Assembly (NCBI GenBank): GCA_030390025.1
Contig: CM059432.1
Location: 133,240,001-133,304,000, forward strand
From: Squalus acanthias
Lineage: Eukaryota
Direction: 5' to 3'
DNA: 64,000 nt
Part shown: positions 20,100-32,600 of the stretch, one piece after another
Position numbering within the stretch: position 1 is the first letter of the stretch
Layout: each line of letters starts with the position of its first letter
Translations under genes and position numbers: made by a program
The notes under the pieces: generated by a model
What the model was told of the DNA's origin: nothing
What the model saw: the letters and a program-made list of their open reading frames with translations, nothing else
The model's database searches: none

Positions 20100-21240
20100 A
20101 GGGTACGAGAGCTTAGTGGTTATATTACTGGACTAGGAATCTGGAGAATGTGAGTTCAGATCAGCACCATGGCAGTTTGAGAATTTGAAAAAATCTGGAA
20201 GTGAAAAGCTGCTATCGGAAAAACTGGTGAAGCCAGCAGATTGTCATAAAGAAACAATTGATTCACTGATGAACTTTAGAAACATAGAAACATAGAAAAA
20301 TAGGAGCAGGAGTAGGCCATTCGGCCCTTCGAGCCTGCTCCACCATTCAATATGATCATGGCTGATCCTCTATCTCAATACCATATTCCCGCTCTCTCCC
20401 CATACCCCTTGAGGCCTTTTGTGTCTAGAAATCTATCTATCTCCTTCTTAAATATATTCAGTGACTTGGCCTCCACAGCCTTCTGTGGTAGAGAATTCCA
20501 CAGGTTCACCACCCTCTGAGTGAAGAAATTTCTCCTCATCTCAGTCCTAAATGTTCTACCCCATATCCTGAGACTGTGACACCTCGTTCTGGACCCACCC
20601 CACCCCCCCACCTCCCCCCCCCGCCAGGGGAAACATCCTCCCTTCATCCAGTCTGTCTAGCCCTGTCAGAATTGTATATGTTTCAATGAGATCCTCTCTC
20701 ATTCTTCTAAACTCTAGTGAATACAGGCCTAGTCGACCCAATCTCTCCTCATACGACAGTCTTGCCATCTCAGGAATCAGTCTGGTGAACCTTCGCTGCA
20801 CTCCCTCTATGCCAAGTATATCCTTTCTTAGGTAAGGAGACCAAAACTGCACACATTACTCCAGGTGTGGTCTCACCAAGGCCCTGTATAACTGTAGTAA
20901 GATATCCTTGCTCCTGTACTCAAATCCTCTTGCAATGAAGGTCAACATACCATTTGCCTTCCTAACTGCTTGCTGCACCTGCATGTTTGCTTTCAGTGAC
21001 TGGTGTACAAGGACACCCAGGTCCCTTTGTACATCAACATTTCCCAATCTAGCACCTTTTAAATAATACTCTGCCTTTCTGTTTTTAGGGAAGGAAACCT
21101 GCCATCCTTACCCGGTCTGGCCTATATGTGGTTCTAGTCGCACACCAACATGGTTGACTCCCTCAGAAGTGGCCTAGCAAGTCAACTCATGGGAAAGTAG
21201 GGATGGGAAATTAATGCCAGCGATCCCGAGAATAAAAAAA
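20100..21240 (+). mobile_element. tRNA-derived SINE of a second family (MER131-like), split by a CR1; parts 20100-20279 and 21089-21240
   Basis: A/B-box-like GCTTAGTGGT and GAGTTCAGATC; the halves join as TTCACTGATGAACTTTAG/GGAAGGAAACCTGCCATCCTTACC; A-rich end. Family name is from recall and tentative. Confidence 0.65.
20280..21085 (-). mobile_element. 5'-truncated CR1 LINE, close relative of 3237-5961, disrupted
   Basis: ORF2 C-terminal peptides (VQRDLGVLVHQSLK..., QFWSPYLRKD...) with a stop and a frameshift; same 3' UTR; (CTATGTTT)n tail; TTTAG at both flanks (20275-20279 and 21084-21088). Confidence 0.93.
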
Positions 21241-21409
21241 TATATACTGATCCTGATACTTGAGTCGCTTTATTATTGTAATAGTTTCTGTTTTAATGTC
21301 ACAGAGAGTAAGCTGAAAACCAGCTGATCCAAGGGTACTGTTATTTTCCTGAACTTGCTGGTAGGTCAATGAGATAATAGCATACTCAGTATATTTTATA
21401 TGATATATG

Positions 21410-22011
21410 CTCCTGCCTCAGCTCATCCGCCGCCGAAGCCCTCATCCATGCTGTTGTTACCTCTAGACTCGATTATTCCAATGCTCTCCTGGCCGGTCTT
21501 TCTCTTTGCACCCTCCGTAAACTCTGCTGCCCGTATTTTAACTCGCAGCAAGTCCCGTTCACCCATCACCACTGTGCTCGGTGGCCTACATTGGCTCCTG
21601 GTCTGGCAAAGCCTCGATTTTAAAATTCTCATCCTTGTTTTCAAATCCTTCCATGGCCTCACCCCCTCCCTATCTCTGTAACCACCTCCAGCCCTACAAG
21701 CCTTCGAGATCTCTGCTCTCCTCCAATTCTGGCCTCTTGCGCATCCCCAATTTTAATCGCTCCATCATTGGCGGCCGCGCGTTCAGCTGCCCAGGCCCTA
21801 AGCTCTGGAATTCCCTCCCTAAACCTCTCCACCTCTCTCTCCCCCTTTAAGACACTCCTTAAAATCTACCTCTTTGACCAAGTTTTTGGTCACCTGTCCT
21901 AATATCCCTTTATGTGACTCGGTGTCAAATTTTGTTTGATATCGCCCCTGTGAAGCGCCTTGGGACGTTTTACTACATTAAAGGCACTATATAAATGCAA
22001 GTGGTTGTTGA
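21410..22011 (+). mobile_element. L2-clade LINE 3' fragment (ORF2 C-terminus plus UTR)
   Basis: Encodes CLSSSAAEALIHAVVTSRLDYSNALLAGL and NSAARILTRSKSRSPITTVLGGLHWL...FKILILVFK, typical of L2; tail AAAGGCACTATATAAATGCAAGTGGTTGTTG. Confidence 0.9.
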
Positions 22012-22047
22012 TTTTACAGAACGTCTATTCTTTGAATTAACATATTA

Positions 22048-22243
22048 GCCCCAGAATTGCAATACTCCTCTCCCAGCACAGAGCCCTGCTCAATCGGAAT
22101 GCAGGTTAGCGATTTCCTGGTTCTCCCATTTTTCCAGCCATTGACTTTAACGGGCAGTAAGTCAGGAATGTCACAAATGAGATGCGCAGACCTCCACGCC
22201 TGAGTCTCCCTCGGTCGAGCAAGACTCCAAGCAATTTGAGGGC
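22048..22243. mobile_element. Probable old palindromic MITE
   Basis: Imperfect inverted ends GCCCCAGAATTGC and GCAATTTGAGGGC; central CCATTGACTTTAACGG quasi-palindrome; no clear TSD. Confidence 0.45.
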
Positions 22244-23008
22244 GATTGTGTTCCGTGCTAATAAAAAAAGCGTTACTGTCTTGTAAAGATTACTGAAGAA
22301 GTCTGCAATTACAGTTTCAATTTCTTAAATTTCACTAATTCTGGCACACTTGAATGGATTTTAGTGAGAACTTTGGTAATTAATTGCTGGAAGTGGAGAA
22401 TTAGGAGGATTCATACAGGTGATTTCTCGTGCATTATTCAACAGGCATCTGTTATCATTGCTGCTGCTGCAAGCAGATCATGTAAATATTAATTAAGCCC
22501 ACAGAACCGAAAAGACAATTTGAAACGTAATGTTTGAGATGGTTTTGAATATTTGCTGTTGGTTACTAATAAAAAGAAAATTAGCAAAGAGCTTCTTTTC
22601 AATGGGTGGTATGGAAGCAACAACTGTGAGGGCATACAGTTCCTCTTTGGGACCTTTGGCCTATGCAAGATGTGAGCCTGCATGTAGCAAGTTTGCTGGC
22701 AACTGGGTATTGATATCTTGCATTGAATAAACTGCAGTACTTCAAATTTTTTGGTAGTTTTATAGAACAAATTTGTAAAATCGCAGAACTAAAGACCGCC
22801 TATCATTTTCTTTTCAAGAATTTTCCAAACCGTCAAATTTGTATATTTTTTTAAAGTATTTTTTTTCCCTTTCCTCTTCTTTGCTCTCCTAGTACTGTGT
22901 GTCAGGCCTGACTGAGCTGCTAACAGACAATCCGTTGTCTGGACTCTGCCAATATTCCTCTGGAGCCAACTGCTAGGAGGTACCTGAAAGTGACCAAAGT
23001 TCACTTAC

Positions 23009-23184
23009 TCCACCCCGCCCACCCACCCCCTTCCCCCCTTCCACCTCGCCCACCTCCCTCCCTCCCATCTCCCCGACCTCCCCCCACCTCGCACATCCCT
23101 CCCTGCCCTCCCCCTCCCTCCCCCTTCCACCTCCCCCACCTCCCTCCCTCCCATCTCCCCGACCTCCCCCACACCTTGCACATC
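23009..23184. repeat. C-rich low-complexity repeat running into the gap
   Basis: CCCACCTCCCTCC(C)TCCCATCTCCCCGACCTCCCCC occurs twice (~23048 and ~23135). Confidence 0.85.
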
Positions 23185-23684
23185 NNNNNNNNNNNNNNNN
23201 NNNNNNNNNNNNNNNNNNNNNNNNNNNNNNNNNNNNNNNNNNNNNNNNNNNNNNNNNNNNNNNNNNNNNNNNNNNNNNNNNNNNNNNNNNNNNNNNNNNN
23301 NNNNNNNNNNNNNNNNNNNNNNNNNNNNNNNNNNNNNNNNNNNNNNNNNNNNNNNNNNNNNNNNNNNNNNNNNNNNNNNNNNNNNNNNNNNNNNNNNNNN
23401 NNNNNNNNNNNNNNNNNNNNNNNNNNNNNNNNNNNNNNNNNNNNNNNNNNNNNNNNNNNNNNNNNNNNNNNNNNNNNNNNNNNNNNNNNNNNNNNNNNNN
23501 NNNNNNNNNNNNNNNNNNNNNNNNNNNNNNNNNNNNNNNNNNNNNNNNNNNNNNNNNNNNNNNNNNNNNNNNNNNNNNNNNNNNNNNNNNNNNNNNNNNN
23601 NNNNNNNNNNNNNNNNNNNNNNNNNNNNNNNNNNNNNNNNNNNNNNNNNNNNNNNNNNNNNNNNNNNNNNNNNNNNNNNNNNNN
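23185..23684. other. Assembly gap (500 N)
   Basis: Exactly 500 N, suggesting a placeholder of unknown true size. Confidence 0.99.
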
Positions 23685-26600
23685 TAGGATCTGTGTCCCC
23701 AGATAGAGTTTCTATTTCTGTCAGCAGATAGAGTTAGCATCTCTGTCCCCAGATAGGGTTAGGATCTCGGTCAACATACAGAGTTAGGATCTCTGTCCCC
23801 AGATAGAGTTAGGATCTCTGTCCCCAGATAGAGTTAGGATCTCTGTCACCAGATAGAGTTAGGATCTCTCTCCCCAGATAGAGTTAGCATCTCTATTCAC
23901 AGATAGATTTAGGATCTCTGTCCCCAGATAGAGTTAGGATATCTGTCTGCAGATAGGTTTAGGGTCTCTGTTCACAGATAGAGTTAGCATCTCTGTCTCC
24001 GAAAGGGTTAGGATCTGGATCACCGTATAGAGTTAGGATCTCTGTCCCCAGATAGAGTTTGGATTTCTGTTCATTGATAGAGTTAGGATCTCTGTCCCCA
24101 GAGAGGGTTTGGGTCTCTGTCCTCATATAGGGTTAGCATCTCTGTCCCCAGATATGGTTAGGATCTCGGTCACCATATACAGTTAGGTTCTCTGTCCCCA
24201 GATACAGTTAGGATCTCTGTTCGCAGATAGAGTTAGGATCTCTGTCCCCAGATAGAGTTAGCATATCTCTCCCCAGATAGATTTTGGATCTCTGTCCCCA
24301 GATAGATTTAGGATCTCTGTCCCCAGATTGAGTTAGGATATCTGTCCCCAGATAGAGTTAGGATCTCTGTTCGCAGATAGAGTTAGGATCTCTCTCCCCA
24401 GATAGATTTTGGATCTCTGTCCCCAGATAGATTTAGCATCTCTGTTCCCAGATAGAGTTGGTATCTCTGTCCCCAGATAGAATTAGGTTATCTGTCGCCA
24501 GATAGAGTTAGGATCTCTGTTCCCAGATAGAGTTAGGATCTCTGTCACCAGATAGAGTTAGGATCTCTGTTGCCAATTAAGGTTAGGATCTCTGTCCCCA
24601 GATAGAGTTAGGATCTCTGTCCCCAGATAGAGTTCGGATCTCTGTCCCCTGATAGAGTTAGGATCTCTGTCTCCAGATAGAGGTAGGATCTCTGTCCCCA
24701 GATAGAGGTAGTAACTCTGTTGTCATATACGGTTAGTATCTCTGTTCGCAGATAGAGTTAGGATCTCTCTCCCCAGATAGAGTTTGGATCTTTGTCCCCA
24801 GATAGAGTTAGGATCTCTGTCTCCAGATAGAGGTAGGATCTCTGTCCCCAGATAGAGGTAGTAACTCTGTTGTCATATACGGTTAGTATCTCTGTTCGCA
24901 GATAGAGTTAGGATCTCTCTCCCCAGATAGAGTTTGGATCTCTGTCCCCAGATAGAGTTAGGATCTCTGTTCACAGATAGAGTTAGGATCTCTGTCCCCA
25001 GATAGTTTTAGGATCTCTGTTGCCAAATATGGTTAAGAAATCTGTTCACAGATCTAGTTAGGATCTCTGTCCTCCAGATATAATTAGGATCTCTGTCCCC
25101 AGATAGAGTTTGGATCTCTGTCCCCAGATAGAGTTTGGATCTCTGTTCATAGATAGAGTTAGGATCTCTGTCCCCAGAGAGGGTTAGAGTCTCTCTCCTC
25201 ATATAGGGTTAGCATCTCTGTCCCCAGATAGGGTTAGGATCTCAGTCACCATATACAGTTAGGTTCTCTGTCCCCATATAGAGTTAGGATCTCTGTCCCC
25301 AGATAGAGTTAGGATCTCTGTCCCCAGATAGATTTAGGATCTCTGTCCCCAGCTTGATTTAGGATCTCTTTCCCCGGATAGAGTTAGGATCTCTTTCACC
25401 AGATAGAGTTAGGATCTCTGTTCGCAGATAGAGTTAGGATCTCTCTCCCCAGATAGATTTTGGATCTCTGTCCCCAGATAGATTTAGCATCTCTGTTCCC
25501 AGATAGAGTTGGTATCTCTGTCCCCAGATAGAATTAGGTTATCTGTCGCCAGATAGAGTTAGGATCTCTGTTCCCAGATAGAGTTAGGATCTCTGTCCCA
25601 AGATAGAGTTAGGATCTCTGTCCCCAGATAGAGTTCGGATCTCTGTCCCCTGATAGAGTTAGGATATCTGTCCCCAGATAGAATTAGGATCTCTGTTCCC
25701 AGATAGGGTTAGGATTTCTGTTCACAGGTAAGGTTAGGATCTCTGTCCCCAGAGTGGGTTTGGATCTCTGTCCCCAGATAGTTTTAGGATCTCTGTTGCC
25801 AAATATGCTTCGTACCTCTGTTGACAGATCGAGTTAGGATCTCTGTCCTCCAGATATAATTAGGATCTCTGTCCCCAGATAGAGTTAGGATCTGTGTCCC
25901 CAGATAGAGTTAGGATCTCTGATCACAGATAGATTTTGGATCTCTGTCCCCAGAGAGAGTTTCGGACCTCTGTTCATAGATAGTGTTTGGATCTCTGTCC
26001 CCAGAGAGGGTTAGTGTCTCTGTCCTGATATTGGGTTTGCATTCTGTCTCCAGATAGAGTTAGGATTCTGTTCCCAGATAGATGTTAGTATCTCTGTCCC
26101 CAGATAGAGTTCGGATCTCTGTCCCCAGACAGAGTTAGGATCTCTGTCCCCAGATAGAGTTAGGAACTCTGTCCCCAGATAGAGTTAGCATCTCTATCAA
26201 CAGATAGATTTAGGATTTCTGTCCCCAGATAGATTTAGGATCTCTGTCTGCAGATAGGTTTAGGGTCTCTGTTCACAGCTAGAGTTAGGATCTCTGTCAC
26301 CAGATAGAGTTAGGATCTCTGTCCCCAGATAGGGTTAGGATTTCTGTTCACAGATAATGATAGGATCTCTGTCCCCAGATAGAGTAAGGATCTCTGTCCC
26401 CAGATAGAGTTAGGATCTCTGTCCCCAGATAGAGTTAGGATCTCTGTTCGCAGATAGAGTTAGGATCTCACTCTCCAGATAGAGTCAGGATCGCTGTCCC
26501 CAGGTAAGTTAGGATCTCTGTCCCCAGATAGAGTTAAGATCTCTGCTCACAGATAGAGTTAGGATCTCTGTCCCCAGATAGAATTAGGATCTCTGTCCCC

Positions 26601-29600
26601 AGATAGAGTTAGGATATCTGTCCCCAGATAGAGTTAGGATCTCTGTCGCCAGATAGAGTTAGGATCTCTGTCCCCAGATAGCGTTAGGATCTCTGTCCCC
26701 AGATAGAGTTAGGATCTCTGTCCAAAGATAGATTTAGGATCTCTGTCCCCAGATAGATTTAGCATCTCTGTTCCCAGTTGGAGTTGGTATCTCTGTCCGC
26801 AGATTGAATTAGGATATCTGTCCCCAGATAGAGTTAGGATCTCTGTCGCCAGATAGAGTTAGGTACTCTGTCCCCAGATAGAGTTTGTATCTCTGTCCCC
26901 AGATAAGGTTATGATCTCTGTTCACAGATAAGGTTAGGATCTGTGTCCCCAGATAGAGTTCGGATCTCTGTCCCCAGATAGAGTTAGGATCTCTGTCCCC
27001 AGAAAGAGTTAGCATTTCTATTAACAGATAGATTTAGGATTTCTGTCGCCAGATAGAGTAAGGATCTCTGTCTGCAGATAGATTTAGCATCTCTGTCCCC
27101 AGATAGAGTTCGTACCTCTGTCCCCAGATAGAGTTAGGATCTCTGTCCCCAGATAGAGTTCGGACCTCTGTTCATAGATAGAGTTAGGATCTCTGTCCTC
27201 AGAGAGGGTTAGGGTCTCTGTCCTCATATAGGGTTTGCATTTCTGTCTCCAGATAGAGTTAGGATTCTGTTCCCAGATAGATGTTAGTATCTCTGTCCCC
27301 AGATAGAGTTCAGATCTCTGTCCCCAGACAGAGTTAGGATCTCTGTCCCCAGATAGAGTTAGGAACTCTGTCCCCAGATAGAGTTAGCATCTCTATCAAC
27401 AGATAGATTTAGGATTTCTGTCCCCAGATAGATGTTAAGATCTCTGTCTGCAGATAGGTTTAGGGTCTCTGTTCGCAGATAGAGTTAGGATCTCACTCTC
27501 CAGATAGAGTCAGGATCTCTGTCCCCAGGTAAAGTTAGGATCACTGTCCCCAGATAGAGTTAAGATCTCTGCTCACAGATAGAGTTAGGATCACTGTCCC
27601 CAGATAGAATTAGGATCTCTGTCCCCAGATAGAGTTAGGATCTCTGTCCCCAGATAGAGTTAGGATCTCTGTCCCCAGATAGAGTTAGCATTTCTATTAA
27701 AAGATAGATTTAGGATTTCTATCCCCAGATAGATTAAGGATCTCTGTCTGCAGATACGTTTAGGGTCTATGTTCACAGATAGTGTTAGAATCTCTGTCCC
27801 CAGATAGGGTTAGGATCTCTGTCACCAGATAGAGTTTGGACCCCTGTTCATAGATAGAGTTAGGATCACTGTCCCCAGAGAGGGTTAGGGTCTCTTTCCT
27901 CATATAGGGTTAGCTTTCTGTCCCCAGATAGAGTTAGTGTCCCTGTTCCCAGATAGTGTTAGCATCTCTGTCCCCAGATAGAGTTAGGATCCTTGTCCCC
28001 AGATAGAGTTAGGATCTCTGTCCCCAGATAGAGTCAGGATCTCTGTCCCCAGATAGAGATAGATTCACTCTCCCCAGATAGAGTCAGCATCACTGTCCCC
28101 TGATAGAGTTATGTTCTCTGTCCCCAGATAGAGTTCGGATCTCTGATCCCAGATAGAGTTCGGATCTCTTTCCCCAGATAGAGTCAGAATCTCTGTCACC
28201 AGATAGAGTTAGGATCTCTGTCGCCAGATAGAGTTAGGATTCTGTTCCCAGATAGATGTTAGTATCTCTGTCCCCAGATAGAGTTAGGAACTCTATCCCC
28301 AGATAGAGTTAGCATCTCTATCAACAGATAGATTTAGGATTTCTGTCCCCAGATAGATGTTAGGATCTCTTTCTCCAGATAGGGTTAGGATCTCTGTCGC
28401 CAGATAGAGTTAGGATCTCTGTTCACAGATTGAGTTAGGATCTCTGTCCCCAGATAGAGTTAGGATCTCTGTCACAGATAATGATAGGATCTCTGTCCCC
28501 AGATAGAGTAAGGATCTCTGTCCCCAGATAGAGTTAGGATCTCTGTCCCCAGATAGAGGTAAGATCTCTGTTGTCCAATAGGTTAGGATCTCTGTCCCAG
28601 ATAGAGTAAGGATCTCTGTCCCCAGATAGAGTTAGGATCTCTGTCACCAGAAAGAGTTAGGATCTCTGTCCAGATAGAGTTAGGATCTCTGTTCGCAGAT
28701 AGAGTTAGGATCTCACTCTCCAGATAGAGTCAGCACCTCTGTCCCCAGATAAAGTTTGGATCTCTGTCCCCAGATAGAGTTAAGATCTCTGCTCACAGAT
28801 AGAGTTAGGATCTCTGTCCCAGATAGAATTAGGATCTCTGTCCCCAGATAGAGTTAGGATCTCTGTCCCCAGATAGAGTTAGGATCTCTGTCCCCAGATA
28901 GAGTTAGGATCTCTGTCCCCAGATAGAGTTAGGATCTCTGTTCAAAGATAGATTTAGGATCTCTGTCCCCAGATAGATTTAGCATCTCTGTTCCCAGATA
29001 GAGTTGGTATCTCTGTCCCCAGATAGAGTTGGATATCTGTCACCAGATAAGGTTATGATCTCTGTTCACAGATAAGGTTAGGATCTGTGTCCCCAGATAG
29101 AGTTTCTATTTCTGTCCGCAGATAGAGTTAGGATCTCTGTCCCAGATAGAGTTAGGATCTCTGTCCCCAGATAGATGTCAGGATCTCTGTCTGCAGATAG
29201 GTTTAGAGTCTCTGTTCACAGCTAGAGTTAGGATCTCTGTCACCAGATAGATTTAGGATCTCTGTCCCCAGATAGGGTTAGGATTTCTGTTCATAGATAA
29301 TGATAGGATCTCTGTCCCCAGATAGAGTAAGGATCTCTGTCCCCAGATTAGTTAGGATCTCCGTCCCCAGATAGGGTTAGGATTTCTGTTCACAGATAAT
29401 GATAGGATCTCTGTCCCCAGATAGAGTAAGGATCTTTGTCCCCAGATAGAGTAAGGATCTCTGTCCCCAGATAGAGTTAGGATCTCTGTCCCCAGATAGA
29501 GTTAGGATCTCTGTTCGCAGATAGAGTTAGGATCTCTGTCCCCAGATAGAGTTCGGAACTCTGTCGTCAGATAGAGTTAGGATCTCTGTCCCCAGATAGC

Positions 29601-32600
29601 GTTAGGATCTCTGTCCCCAGATAGAGTTAGGATCTCTGTCCAAAGATAGATTTAGTATCTCTGTCCCCAGATAGAGTTCGGATCTCTGTTCACAGATATA
29701 GTTAGTATCTCTGTCTCCAGATAGAGTTAGGATATCTGTCGCCAGATAGAGTTAGGATCTCTCTCCCCAGATAGAGTTCGGATCTCTGTCCCCAGATAGA
29801 GTCAGGATCTCTGTCACCAGATAGAGTAAGGATCTCTGTCCCCAGATAGGGTTAGGATCTCTTTTCACAGATAGAGTTAGGATCTCTGTCCCCAGATTGG
29901 GTTTGGATCTCTGTCCCCAGATAGTTTTAGGATCTCTGTTGCCAAATAGGGTTTGCATCTCTGTTGACAGATAGAGTTAGGATCTCTGTCCCCAGATAGA
30001 ATTTGGGTCTCTGTCCTCAGATAGAGTTAGGGTCTCTGTCCCTAGATAGGTTTAGGATCTCTGACCACAGATAGAGTTTGGATATCTGTCCCCAGATAAA
30101 GTTAGGATCTCTGTCCCAAGATAGGGTTAGCATCTCTGTCCGCAGATAGAGTTAGGATCTCTGTCCCCAGATAGAGTTCGGATCTCTGTCCCCAGATAGA
30201 GTTAGGATCTCTGTCTGCAGATAGGTTTAGGGTCTCTGTTCACAGATAGAGTTAGAATCTCTGTCCCCAGATAGGGTTAGGATCTCTGTCACCAGATAGA
30301 GTTCGGACCTCTGTTCATAGATAGAGTTAGGATCTCTGTTCCCAGAGCGCGTTAGGGTCTCTTTCCTCATATAGGGTTTGCATTTCTGTCCCCTGATAGG
30401 GTTAGCATTCTGTCCCCAGATAGAGTTAGCATCTCTATCAACAGATAGATTTAGGATTTCTGTCCCCAGATAGATGTTAAGATCTCTGTCTGCAGATAGG
30501 TTTAGGGTCTCTGTTCGCAGATAGAGTTAGGATCTCACTCTCCAGATAGAGTCAGGATCTCTGTCCCCAGGTAAAGTTAGGATCACTGTCCCCAGATAGA
30601 GTTAAAATCTCTGCTCACAGATAGAGTTAGGATCACTGTCCCCAGATAGAATTAGGATCTCTGTCCCTAGATAGAGTTAGGATCTCTGTCCTCAGAGAGG
30701 GTTAGGGTCTCTGTCCTCATATAGGGTTTGCATTTCTGTCTCCAGATAGAGTTAGGATTCTGTTCCCAGATAGATGTTAGTATCTCTGTCCCCAGATAGA
30801 GTTCGGATCTCTGTCCCCAGACAGAGTTAGGATCTCTGTCCCCAGATAGAGTTAGGAACTCTGTCCCCAGATAGAGTTAGCATCTCTATCAACAGATAGA
30901 TTTAGGATTTCTGTCCCCAGATAGATGTTAAGATCTCTGTCTGCAGATATATTTAGGATCTCTGTCCCCAGCTTGATTTAGGATCTCTTTCCCCGGATAG
31001 AGTTAGGATCTCTTTCACCAGATAGAGTTAGGATCTCTGTTCGCAGATAGAGTTAGGATCTCTCTCCCCAGATAGATTTTGGATCTCTGTCCCCAGATAG
31101 ATTTAGCATCTCTGTTCCGAGATAGAGTTGGTATCTCTGTCCCCAGATAGAATTAGGTTATCTGTCGCCATATAGAGTTAGGATCTCTGTTCCCAGATAG
31201 AGTTCGGATCTCTGTCCCAAGATAGAGTTAGGATCTCTGTCCCCAGATAGAGTTCGGATCTCTGTCCCCTGATAGAGTTAGGATATCTGTCCCCAGATAG
31301 AATTAGGATCTCTGTTCCCAGATAGGGTTAGGATTTCTGTTCACAGGTAAGGTTAGGATCTCTGTCCCCAGAGTTGGTTTGGATCTCTGTCCCCAGATAG
31401 TTTTAGGATCTCTGTTGCCAAATATGCTTAGTACCTCTGTTGACAGATCGAGTTAGGATCTCTGTCCTCCAGATATAATTAGGATCTCTGTCCCCAGATA
31501 GAGTTAGGATCTGTGTCCCCAGATAGAGTTAGGATCTCTGATCACAGATAGATTTTGGATCTCTGTCCCCAGAGAGAGTTCGGACCTCTGTTCATAGATA
31601 GTGTTTGGATCTCTGTCCCCAGAGAGGGTTAGTGTCTCTGTCCTGATATTGGGTTTGCATTTCTGTCTCCAGATAGAGTTAGGATTCTGTTCCCAGATAG
31701 ATGTTAGTATCTCTGTCCCCAGATAGAGTTCGGATCTCTGTCCCCAGACAGAGTTAGGATCTCTGTCCCCAGATAGAGTTAGGAAATCTGTCCCCAGATA
31801 GAGTTAGCATCTCTATCAACAGATAGATTTAGGATTTCTGTCCCCAGATAGGTTTTAGGATCTCTGTCTGCAGATAGGTTTAGGGTCTCTGTTCACAGCT
31901 AGAGTTAGGATCTCTGTCACCAGATAGAGTTAGGATCTCTGTCCCCAGATAGGGTTAGGATTTCTGTTCACAGATAATGATAGGATCTCTGTCCCCAGAT
32001 AGAGTAAGGATCTCTGTCCCCAGATAGAGTAAGGATCTCTGTCCCCAGATAGAGTTAGGATCTCTGTTCGCAGATAGAGTTAGGATCTCACTCTCCAGAT
32101 AGAGTCAGGATCGCTGTCCCCAGGTAAAGTTAGGATCTCTGTCCCCAGATAGAGTTAAGATCTCTGCTCACAGATAGAGTTAGGATCTCTGTCCCCAGAT
32201 AGAATTAGGATCTCTGTCCCCAGATAGAGTTAGGATATCTGTCCCCAGATAGAGTTAGGATCTCTGTCGCCAGATAGAGTTAGGATCTCTGTCCCCAGAT
32301 AGCGTTAGGATCTCTGTCCCCAGATAGAGTTAGGATCTCTGTCCAAAGATAGATTTAGGATCTCTGTCCCCAGATAGATTTAGCATCTCTGTTCCCAGTT
32401 GGAGTTGGTATCTCTGTCCGCAGATTGAATTAGGATATCTGTCGCCAGATAGAGTTAGGATCTCTGTCGCCAGATAGAGTTAGGTACTCTGTCCCCAGAT
32501 AGAGTTTGTATCTCTGTCCCCAGATAAGGTTATGATCTCTGTTCACAGATAAGGTTAGGATCTGTGTCCCCAGATAGAGTTCGGATCTCTGTCCCCAGAT

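Noticed and set aside
22973..23740. 238-aa and 255-aa ORFs
   Set aside because: They span the 500-N gap and low-complexity sequence.
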